Assembly: GCA_964016885.1 (NCBI GenBank)
Contig: OZ024757.1
Span: 36,022,001-36,086,000, forward strand
DNA: 64,000 nucleotides
Direction of reading: 5' to 3'
From: Eledone cirrhosa
Lineage: Eukaryota
Part shown: positions 1-11,447 of the stretch, piece after piece
How the letters are laid out: each line of letters opens with the position of its first letter
How positions within the stretch are numbered: the stretch's first letter is position 1
Position numbers and translations under genes: made by a program
Notes under the pieces: generated by a model
Database searches by the model: none
The model's input: only the letters and a program-made list of their open reading frames with translations
Told to the model about the DNA's origin: nothing

Positions 1-599
1 AATCTTTTGGGTTAAAAATCCGATCAACAAGCTCTATTTTGAAAACTGGAGGCCAACCCTGCTTTCTGACAGTTCATAGCTCTAGTTGCTCTCTTTGTGA
101 GATCTTTTTAATATTTTGGAGCTTTCCAAATAACTGGTACATTTTTTTTATAAGAAAGGGTATGCTTGCCCTACTATCAAAGTTCCTCCTGGCATTCTCA
201 AGGAGGTTGCTTCTTTTTGCCTCCAAAGCATTCCATGCTGGATTCTTGACTTTGGAGTTTCCCATTCTAATTGATTTAATGAATAATAGATCTCTGTCTG
301 CAACAGCTTCGACATAGAATGTGCCAAAGGAGGCTTGTATCCCCTCCCATTTTCACTTTTTCACTTGAAGTCCTTCATCTCCACTCCCTTAGAGTGTAAC
401 AGGCGTTCTGTAACGGGCTTTACTACAAATAAACTCTTTGAGAACATATGCTGGGGTGGCAGTTACTGAGACATTCTTAACAGGTACTAGTGGTAGCACT
501 TTATTGAGTGTCTCGAAATTATATGGGATTTGGTCCCAAGAGCCATAGTGAATCTCCTTACTTATTTAGAAGCTCCCTGTGTCTTGAGACACATGAGGC

Positions 600-880
600 A
601 GCCAAAGTATTCCAATGACCCTGGTTAGTTGCATCCATCAGTACATTGTTCCAACTTTTGTTGATGGGTTTCAGGTCTCTGTCGATTGTCTGCTGCCAGT
701 TCATCCTGGGATGTCCTCTTTGCCCCTTTACCATGGGGTACCAATACGGGACCTGATTAGCATGTCTTTCACTTGGGAGACGTGACTTGTCCTAACCAGT
801 CATGTGTATGCTGTCACACACGTTGTTGGTGGGTTTGTTCATGGACTTCTTTGTTGGTCATCTTCCATAGCTGTCCAAAA
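600..880 (-). mobile_element. degenerate RTE C-terminal fragment
   Basis: Decayed WLGxV...WxPxGKxxRGxPRxxW pattern on the minus strand. Confidence 0.5.
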
Positions 881-1214
881 TTTCAATCTGGTCCTCTCAC
901 TAGTTCTGTCATTCTTATCAAGTGTCATGATGTTAATTTTAGGTTTGGTTTGATAGGAGCCTCAATCTTATCAATGTGGCTTTCTGTACTGGAGTTGTTT
1001 GAGTTGAGATGGCCACTGTTTGTTGCTTTGTAGACAGCACAATGGGTGATTCTGGCTGTTTTCATGAGCGGTGGGGTTTGATTCAGTTTGGTGACTACGG
1101 GCTTTTACATAAGAGTGGGGAAGGTTGTAGCTGTGTAGCGTCCTTATTTATTTAGTCATCAGAAGAAGGGAGGTAGGTGTAAAAGCCAAACTCACTCTCT
1201 TCAGTTCAGTATTC

Positions 1215-1640
1215 GTGCCAAGCCTTACCTATGGTCATGAATCTTGGGTAATGGCTGAAAAAATATGATCACAAATACAAGTGGACGTAATGTGGTTCCT
1301 CCGAAGGGTCTTTGGAGTAACGTTACTTGATAGAGTGTGTAGCTCGAATATCAAAGAGTCACCCCGGGTAGAGCCGCTACTTCTCCAAAGTATGGGTATG
1401 GAGTTAGAATGTCTCAGGAAAGAATTGCTGGACATATTTTATGGGCAAAACCAACTGGCAGGAGACCCAGGGGTAGACCCCGAGCAATGGTTGGATAACA
1501 TCCATGAGCTTGGCTGGTCTCACTCGGAGATCCAGGCGGATCAGTTGGAGACAGTTGCTTCTGACAGGACCTTCTGGAAGGAGTGTTTGAGGACTCTGCC
1601 CCCATGACCCTCTCAGGAATAAGTGGGAGAAGCAGGAGAA
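1215..1640 (+). mobile_element. RTE-like LINE 3' end
   Basis: FLRRVFGVTLLDRV...; tail shared with 21275-21340 and 27500-27590. Confidence 0.7.
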
Positions 1641-1645
1641 AAAAA

Positions 1646-1689
<44 letters not shown>

Positions 1690-2387
1690 CACCATCTTTT
1701 TCTCTGGCTGTTCTTCACTGTCTCTCACTGTGTGTATATCTCTCTGTCTCTCTCTTCCATCCCACCTTTCTCTCTCTCTCTCTCTCAGAGTTGCCATTAT
1801 CTACAACTTCTACTGAATTGACTGTGAAGATGCTGCAGCTAAGCACGTCCCCCCTCCCCCTCCACACGTGGGCAAATTCTGCCACCCCCCACCCCCTTCG
1901 TCCACCTTCTCTCATATGTTGACAAAACTGCTTTTTACATGTGAGCAAAAAGCTTCCCTCATGTGTTAACGGAACTGCTTTCACATGTAGGACAACGGAC
2001 TGCCCTCACATGTATAGACAAAATAAAAAAAAAAAGCACTTTCCTCGTATACAGGATATAAAACTGCTCTTCTCATGTGGGACCCAAGGCTGCCCATCAC
2101 ATGTGGGACACATTACCGGCTCTCACATGTGGGACACAACACTGGCCCTCACGTGTGGCTTGCACCGCTGGCCCTCACATGTGGGACTCGAGGCTGAACC
2201 CCACATGTGGCTTGCACTGCTGTCCCTCACATGTGGGACTCAAGGCTGAACCTCACATGTGGGCTAAAGCCAGGACGGTTTGAAGAAAACAATTGGAGTA
2301 AAGAAAATACCCAGGAAGATTGTTTCCCCACAATCTGGATATTATTAGTGTAAAATAATTTCTGTTGAGTACAGAAAAATAACTGCC

Positions 2388-2601
2388 ATGTATGTATATG
2401 TATATATATATGTGTTTGTGTGTGTTTATATATATATATATTTATATCTATATATGTATATAAACATATATATATATGCTTATTATATACATATATATAT
2501 ATACACACATACAAAGTATGTGTATATATATATATACACAATATGTATGTATATATATATATATACAAAGTATGTGTATATATATATACACAATATGTAT
2601 G

Positions 2602-2651
<50 letters not shown>

Positions 2652-2767
2652 CATATTCTGTGTATATATATACATACATATTCTGTATATATATATATAT
2701 ATACACACAATATGTATGTATGTATATATATATACATACATAGTATGTAGATATATATATATATATG
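2388..2767. repeat. compound TA/TG microsatellite (one of many)
   Basis: Long (TA)n and (TATG)n tracts. Confidence 0.95.
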
Positions 2768-3609
2768 TTTTCTTTTGATTTCTTTTTTTTTTTGGTTTAT
2801 TTTTTAAATTTAAATATTTTGTTTATTGTACCACCTTTGTTTTCTTTTGTTCCTTATTATTATTATTGTTGTTGTTGTTGTCTCGTTAAGTACATTTTCA
2901 CAATTTAGATATTTCAAATTGATCTGCATCCAACAAAATCTTGTGTGACCTTTGTTGGTCCTAATGAAGCATGTTCCAGTTGCTGGAACAACAGAACTCA
3001 GCTCTACATCTTCACATACAGTCACACAAACATCCAGCATATACAGACACACATACGGACATGCAATGTAGTCACATCTACACACACACACACACACACA
3101 CATACATAGACGTACATACAATGTAAAGACACATCTATACACACACACACCAGATTCTCACATATACTGGGCTGTTACAATATACACAATACACCAGATA
3201 CACACAACAGAGCTTCATCTACTCCACACATACAACACACACACACTCACACACACACACAACAGAGCTTCATCTACTCCACACATACTTACAACACACA
3301 CACACTCACACACAACAGAGCTTCATCTACTCCACACATACAACACACACACACTCACACACACACACAACAGAGCTTCATCTACTCCACACATACTTAC
3401 AACTCACACACACATACTCCCTTCTGCCTAACAAACCCTCTCAAAAAACTCCACACTGAATCTCCTTTGTTTACTTTTTGTCCCTACCAAACTGGACTCC
3501 CTAAATATTTTGGTAGAACCTCTGAATATAGAAAGGGAGAGAGAGACTCCGCAAATGTTTTGGTAAACTCTGAGTATATAAAAAATGATGTGTCATATAA
3601 TTCTAGTTG

Positions 3610-4091
3610 GGGTAGTGTGGTGTAATCTAGCAGGGTGGTGTAATGTAGCCAGGTAGTGTGGTGTAATGTAACCAGGGTGGTGTAATATAGCCAGGTAGTG
3701 TGGTGTAATCTAGCAGGGTGGTGTAATGTAGCCAGGTAGTGTGGTGTAATGTAACCAGGGTGGTGTAATGTAGCCAGGTAGTGTGGTGTAATCTAGCAGG
3801 GTGGTGTAATGTAGCCAGGTAGTGTGGTGTAATCTAGCAGGGTGGTGTGATGTAGCCAGGTAGTGTGGTGTAATCTAGCAGGGTGGTGTGATGTAACCAG
3901 GTAGTGTGGTGTAATCTAGCAGGGTGGTGTGATGTAGCCAGGTAGTGTGGTGTAATCTAGCAGGGTGGTGTGATGTAATCTAGCCAGGTAGTGTGATGTA
4001 ATCTAGCAGGGTGGTGTAATGTAGCCAGGTAGTGTGGTGTAATCTAGCCAGGTAGTGTGGTGTATTCCAGCAGGGTGGTGTAATGTAGCCA
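3610..4091. repeat. 41-bp minisatellite
   Basis: ggtagtgtggtgtaatctagcagggtggtgtaatgtagcca, about 11 copies with internal subrepeats. Confidence 0.95.
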
Positions 4092-7000
4092 CGTTGTGTT
4101 GGATGAATTAAATTTGTTAATGCAAAGGGTGGAAAAGATATTAATCTATGAGGAAGATGGTGTTGCTGGTGGATATGATGGTAGATTTTTATACATCATT
4201 CATTTTAATTCTTTAGTTACCAACCCGGCCAAAACCAGCTCTGCTTCTATGAAATAAATCCACCCATTTTAACCATTTAGTTACCAACCCAGTTAAAAGT
4301 TTCCAATTTAAATTAAAATCTTCCAACAACTTTATATAAGAACCTTATATTAAGTTACTATCTTAGTAATGAAATAATTAATAATTTTAGTAAATCCCTC
4401 AAAATTCTTCATTAATTAATTGAAATAAAGTGTATTTCATTAGGAATGTAGTCATGAAAGGGTTAACATAACCACCACCAAATCCTTGGGTGTCTGCAAC
4501 CAAGTACATTCTGTTGCAAGAACTTTTGTGGGAGCAGGGTTTTAGTTAGAGGATTCCTTCCTCTCTGCCTCTCCCCAGACTTGGAGGTCCTGACGGGGTG
4601 TTGCTCTTTCCCCCTCCCCCTGACTAAAATGTTCTAATCAATTAAGAACTGTTTCAAATAGGTAAGAGAGGGTTGTAGTTTGGTTAAAATGTAGAAAATA
4701 GTGTGTTATGTTTGAAGACTACAGCAATGGAGATGGGACATTAAATCATCAAAATAATAACAACAAAGATGTTAAAATGTTACATTGGAGTAGTTTAATA
4801 GTCTTTAATATTTCGGATTAAAATCCCTTCCTCAAAAGAAGAATTGAGGAAACTTAATTTAATATGGCAGCATAAGGACAACATAAAATATCCTTCACTG
4901 AATTATTACAACAACCCATAAATAATTCAATTTTTTTTTACTTCTTTTATTTCTACAAATTAAGATAAACTGCCCTTTTCAAAGCTTGCACTAGAAATGG
5001 GGACAAGGCGAACTTAATACCTGCTTTTATAGCAAGTTTATGTAGGTGTTTGTCTCCGCCCCTTCCCACTTTTATGGCATACAATTGGAAAAAATCACCC
5101 AATGAGATGACCCAATAGTTTCCTCTTCTCTTGAGGGCATTTTACCTCAAAATATTAAGGACCATTAAACAACTTCAAGGTAACTCCAATCTTTATCATT
5201 ATTTTTAACATGCTTTGTGGCAGAGAGTTACGGCTCTTTACATTCCGAGTTCAAATCACGCCAAGGTTAGCTTTGCCTTCCATCTTTACAGGGTCGATAA
5301 AATAAAGTACCAGTAACACACTGGAGTCAATTTAATCGACCCCCCCCCCCCCCAATTGTTGGCCTTGTGCCTAAATCAGAAACCATTATTTTCAACTTTT
5401 AATATCCCTCTCCATTGCTGTAGTCTTCTTATAAAACATTAATCAACTGAATATCATTAAATGGCTGAGTATTCCACAAACATGTATAACCTTAATATAA
5501 TTCTCAGGCATAATCAGCAGTGTGACATGACTGGAGTTTATAATTACTGGTACAATCCATCCAGACAGGCTTCCACACAGTTTCCATCTACCAAATTTCA
5601 TCCACAAAGTTGACCTGAAGCTAAGGCAAATGACACCTAATAGGATTTCTAGTGGGTTGAATGGTGAGGTGTGTGACCCAGTGGTTAGAGTGTTGAACTT
5701 ACAATCATAATGTCATAGGTTTAATTTGTGAGCCAGGTTGTGCAGCAATACACTCAGCTGAGTATGAGAAGTAGTTATCTGTTATGCCTGTGATGGACAG
5801 GTATCATGGGGGAGTCTTGTATTGTCATGCCTATGAAACTGCTATAAGCTCTGGCCTAATGAGCCTCTCAGCTGGGAACAAACTTCAACCTTGTGATGGA
5901 CTAGCATCCTGTCCAGGGGGATGAGTCTTATATTCTCAGTCACTTAAACACCAATGAAACCAAGATAAACTCAGGCTGACGAGTCTCCGCCCTTGGGACA
6001 GATTTTTAAAAAAGGAGTGGATGCTTTTGATTTAAAAAAAATATTATTTTTCTGGGTTTTATTGGGATTTTGTAGTTGTAGTTAGGTGGTGAATTGGCAG
6101 TCATTAGAACACCGGATAAGAATGCTTTGCGGTATTCGCTCCAGCTCTCTGCTCACTGAGTTCAAATCCCACCGAGGTCAACTTTGCCTTTCATCTTTAT
6201 GAGGTCGATTAAAAAAGTACCAGTACTGGGATCAATTCTTCTTCTAATCTCTTTCTCATTTCCATTCTCTCACTCTCTATCCTTCTTTAGAAGAAATCTG
6301 CTGTATTCAGACGTGGAGAAGAGATGGTCTCTGCCAGGTTTAAAAACTGCCCAAGAAACACTATATATCGATATGATGCCGTGTCGACTCTCACAGGAGT
6401 AACGTGACCATACAATACATAGCATTGTTGTTACTTGTTCTGTTGTTATTGTTGTTATGTTGATATTAATCCATTTTTGTTTTGTTGCAAATATTATTTC
6501 ATTGGTGTAGCAGGAGCAGCAACAGACAGAATCGGTAACAAACGGCAGACAAATTATGTCCCAAAAATAAATGTGATGTTGAGTTGTCGGATTTATCTCC
6601 CCTACTTCTTTTAAAATTCTCAATTATTTCAACAAAATCCCACCAAATTCCAGCTTCTGTAGAAATATAAATTACAGAGGTAGGTAGGTAGGTGGTGAAT
6701 TGGCAAAGTTGTTAGAACAGCTGATAGAATGCTTTACGGTATATATTACAGCTCCCTGCTCTCAAATCCCACCCAGGTCAACTTTGTCTTTTATCCTTTC
6801 AAGATCAATAAAAAAAAAGTAGCCAGTCAAGTACTGGAGTTGATTCTTCCTCTATGAACAAATCTGCTGTATTCAGACCTGGAATGGAGCTCTGCCGGGT
6901 TTAAAATGCCCTAGAAATGCTGTATGTCAATATGGCGTCCCTATGATTCTATCAGGAGTTCCGGGACCATACTACATACTAGGTGGGGCAGGTTAGGGTA

Positions 7001-8254
7001 GGGGGTGTTGGAGCCCCCACCACCAACGAACATTTTTTTGACTGTGTGTCACGGAGGTCAGCTTCACTTTTCATCGCTTCTAGTGCCCACTACATGCTGT
7101 GGTTGACATTAGGCATCTAGCCATAGAAGCTACACGAAACTGGAATGTAGGGAAAAGATATTGTCATCTGTCCTGCCTCACCTCAGAGTGTAACAACCCA
7201 TCTAACCCATGTAAGTGGGGGAAATAGATGTAAAATAGTGTTGTTGATAATGAAAGTATTAGCTAAATACTAGGGATGTAATATGAATGATCCAAATCAA
7301 CAAGATCGACTTCATTCACTTATCTAATGGAGAGGAACTCATCAGACCAAAGAAACATTGTTTCTATTGGTCTTCTATTGCTGATACTATCTCTTTGTTG
7401 CAACTCCTGGCAGAAGGGGTAATGTGAAATAAAGTGTCCTGCTCAAGGACATAACGCATAACCCAATCCTGGAATCAAACTCACAACCTCACGTTTGTGA
7501 ATCCAACTGTCGAATCACTAAACCACACACCTTCACAAAGGTATGATATAATCAGCTATCCCCCAAATTTGTGGTTTTGTCCTTCCTTATCTTAGAAATC
7601 ATCAGGGCGGGAATGGCCATAAGAGTGTCAGACAAGATACCTTTCAGGGTAAGGGGTGGGAATAACCAGGCAACATACCTTGTGGTATTTATTGCCACCC
7701 TTCTCCCACTGAGGTCAACTTTGCTTTGCATCCTTCTAGGACTCATAAAATAAACATTTAGTCATATACTAGGTGTTGATTTTATAAACTGGTCCTTTCC
7801 CATAAATTCCAGGTCCCTTATCAGTAGAAAGTTGGACAAAATGCTTTACATCATAGTTACAGTCTGAGGTTAGCTTTACTTTTCATCATTATATGGTCGA
7901 TAAAATAAAGTACTGGGTCTATTTCATTGACTTTCCCCTCTCCCAAATTGCTGGCCATGTACCTAAATCAGAAACCATTATCTTCAACCAATCATTACTC
8001 ATTATCAGCTGCTATGGAAACCCTTTATTTTCTCTTATTAGTTTCCATAGTGTCAGCTGACCCTACAACTACTACTACACCATGAGGTCACTTGTTCTGT
8101 TAGAAATAGCAGTTAAATCTCTGTCAAGCAACAACTTCCTACTGTCTATTGAAGGAAATACTCGTGAATGTTCCAAGAAAGGAAAAAAATGACTGGATGT
8201 TCATGGCTGGAAGGCCTTTGAGAGGCCTTCCAGCCATGAACATGGGCCTTGGCT

Positions 8255-8930
8255 AACACCACCACCAACATCTGTCTACTGGGCATGGGTTAAACACCAC
8301 CACCACATCTGTTGGCTGGACATGGGTTAAACACCACCACCACATCTGTTGGCTGGACATGGGTTGAACACCACCACATCTGTTGGCTGGACATGGGTTA
8401 AGCACCACCACCACATATGTTGGCTGGACATGGGTTAAACAACACCCCCAACATCTGTCGGCTGGATATGGGTTGAACACCACCACAACTGTCGGGTGGA
8501 TATGGGTTAAGCACCACCACCACATCTGTTGGCTGGATATGGGTTAAACACCACCACATCTGTTGGCTGGACATGGGTTAAGCACCACCACATCTGTTGG
8601 CTGGACATGGGTTAAGCACCACCACATCTGTTGGCTGGACATGGGTTAAGCACCACCACATCTGTTGGCTGGACATGGGTTAAGCACCACTACCACCACC
8701 ACATCTGTTGGCTGGACATGGGTTAAACACCACCACATCTGTTGGCTGGACATGGGTTAAGCACCACCACCACCACATCTGTTGGCTGGACATGGGTTAA
8801 ACACCACCACATCTGTTGGCTGGATATGGTTTAAACACCACCACCACATCTGTTGGCTGGACATGCGTTAAACACCACTACCACCACATCTGTTGGTTGG
8901 ACATGGGTTAAACACCACCACCACCACTGT
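8255..8930. repeat. 34-40 bp minisatellite with variable (CAC)n
   Basis: caccaccacatctgttggctggacatgggttaa(a/g), about 18 copies. Confidence 0.95.
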
Positions 8931-10406
8931 GTCTACAACACTAATAATCTATGCAGTCCCTAACTTACTCCCAAGATCTACCTCCCACCACATATGCATG
9001 TTTATATACATGTATGTATCTATCTATATATATATATATCATCATCATCACTGTTTAACATCCATTTTTCCACGCAGTGTGTATGGTGGATCTGAGATCT
9101 TGTATTTTGTTGTATTAATGATGTTGAAAATATGTCTATTCTTCGTTAAGGATTAAACTGCAGCTGTTTTCTCCTCCTCTTTCACTTTCTTCCCTTTATT
9201 CTCCTTTTCACTTTTTGGTCATTGTCTTGGATGGCCGATGACAATGTTGTTTCAGACGTAAACGAGAGTTGATGAGACTGCTTCCTTGTAAGATAGGAGG
9301 AGACAAGGAACTGGCAATGTCTTACTATCTTTAGTGCTGAGTTAGTCTGCAAAAATGTCTCATAAATACTGTCCTTCTGTTCATATATATATATATATAT
9401 AAATGACCCTCTTCCATCACAAATGACCATGTGATTTGCACCTAGAAAGTTCCCCTCTGAGGCACAAGTCCAGGCAAGGTTGTTTGGGGAAGACCAGCAG
9501 TCACCCATGTGTACCAGTCTCCCCTCTCCATGCCACCGATGTTTTCCAAGGAAAAGGCAATGGCCAATACAGTTTGACATCAGTGATGTCGCTCCTTATA
9601 ATCTTTATATACATTATATATATATATACACTGTGTATTTGATATATTATGTTGTCCAAGGGAAGAGCAAAGACCTATACAACTAGGTACCAGTAATGTC
9701 GCAACTCATTTCTACCGGTGAGTAAACTGGGGCAGCATAAAATAAAGTGTCTTGCTTAAGGACACAATGCATTACCCAGTCTGGGAATCAAACTCACAAC
9801 CTTATGATTGCAAGCCCAATACTCTAACTAGTAAGCCATGTGCCTTCACTCAAAAGACCATTGCCATGCTGGGAATTGAACTTGGGTCACCTGATGTGTG
9901 TATATATATATTTAAAGTTATAGTACTAGGAAAAACAAACGACTAGGCAAGAAGTAAATGTTTCAGTAGAATATCAGTGTACGAGTGCTGATAGCATATT
10001 ATTATGCTCAATCTCAAGTATTACCTAAAATACTGCACTTCATCAGGAGTTCATAGTTCGAGGTGAGGTCGCTGCATCTTGCAGTAAAGATTTTCTTATT
10101 GCTATCTACTTGAACCTAAAGGCTGGCATACACTTATAGAGATGAAGCAGAGAAGGTAGGTGTGGGAGAGACAAGATGAGTAAGCAAAAATAATATAAAA
10201 TGAGCGAGAATAAATAAAACAAAATAACTTAAAGGGTGTATGTTTACATATGCATACACGCGCATTTATATGTGTATATGTAAACATACACCCTTATATA
10301 GATATATATACACACACACACACACACGTATATATGTATACATATACACACCTACACATACACCCATAAAGAAAGGTGTGTTGAAGACTAGTAAGCAGGC
10401 TGTCCC

Positions 10407-10586
10407 TTAACCCTTTAATGTTCAAACCGGCCAGAATTCTCTACCTTTTTCTGTTGTAACTGGTCACTCAAACTGATGTTAAGGTATTGTTCTCAAAATC
10501 TCATAGATTTGATACTATATGAGATAAAGCATTTACCATGAAAATATAATAGTATATACAGAATAATGTGAATGCTAAAGGGTTAA
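10407..10586. mobile_element. piggyBac-like MITE
   Basis: TTAA CCCTTTAATGTTCA ... TGAATGCTAAAGGG TTAA. Confidence 0.75.
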
Positions 10587-11118
10587 GGAAAAGATAGATT
10601 GGGGAATCCATTAATATGTAAATTGGTGCCATAAGATCATGTCAGTTGGAGATTGGGTAGGAGCAATAGGTAAGATGGAAAGTGAGATGTAGGATCAAAT
10701 CTAATGTTTGTCAGAGGAAATTATTGTTTTAGTTATGCAATTAAACGGGCTTAGGAGAAATATTTTATAGGAGTAGATTATCTAGATAAAAGAATAGGTA
10801 TTATGCTAATCAGGGTGGTACCTAGCGAAGGTACATAAATCCCAGTGTTGGCAATTAAAAATCCTGTCCTAGCAAGAGTTCAACAGATCCGAGCCAGACA
10901 TAATCGCCATTACCTCCATCACACAAAGGTCGCAAGAGCGCCTTTTTTAAAAAGAGATGGTACGTGCACTCACATTCATTCAAGAATCCTAGGCTGAGTA
11001 AGTCAACTGCCCTCACCAAAAAGATCTGGTATTAAGGTTCACATGTCCATACCAAAATGAAAGGCGCACTTGCGACCTTTGTATGACGGAGGTAATGGAG
11101 ATTATATATATATATATA

Positions 11119-11447
11119 TGGAGGCACATGGCTTAGTGGTTAGAGCATTGGGCTTGCAATTGAAAGTTTGTGAATTCAATTCTCAGACCGAGTGATGTGT
11201 TGTTTCCTTGAGCAAGACACTTTATTTCACAATGCTCCAGTTTACTCAGCTGTAGAAATGAGATGATAGGGACTGGGGTACCTATCATTCCACTGCAAAG
11301 TGGATGTGTAGGCGCCACGGAAAAAAAGCACCCAGCATTCACTGTAAATGAGGTTGGTGTTAGGAAGGGCATCCAGCTGTAGAAATCAAACCAGAATCAG
11401 TTCCCGTCCCACCCTTGCAAGCAGGGAAAAGATGTAAAATGATGATG
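11119..11447 (+). mobile_element. tRNA-headed SINE with RTE-type 3' tail (other copies 18091-18300, 28755-29160 -, 32497-32832, 37063-37376 -)
   Basis: A-box-like tggcttagtggttagagc, tccttgagcaagacactt core, and tail cccacccttgcaagc...tgatgatga matching the RTE tail; flanked by (TA)n. Confidence 0.85.

Noticed and set aside
2227-2778. YI/CV/HT-rich ORFs here and at 17144, 19782, 48929, 53784 and 56497
   Set aside because: Translations of dinucleotide microsatellites.
8255-8930. Regular repeats (also 43940-45213 and 47657-48679) as CRISPR-like arrays
   Set aside because: Units are head-to-tail with no unique spacers, there are no cas genes, and the context is eukaryotic.
9955-10050. CTGATGA...GAAAC on the minus strand (also 14218-14252)
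   Set aside because: Stem II is possible at 9965-10038, but there is no NUH/stem I in register.
11119-11190. SINE heads as tRNA genes
   Set aside because: A/B boxes only, no cloverleaf, and they continue into SINE bodies.
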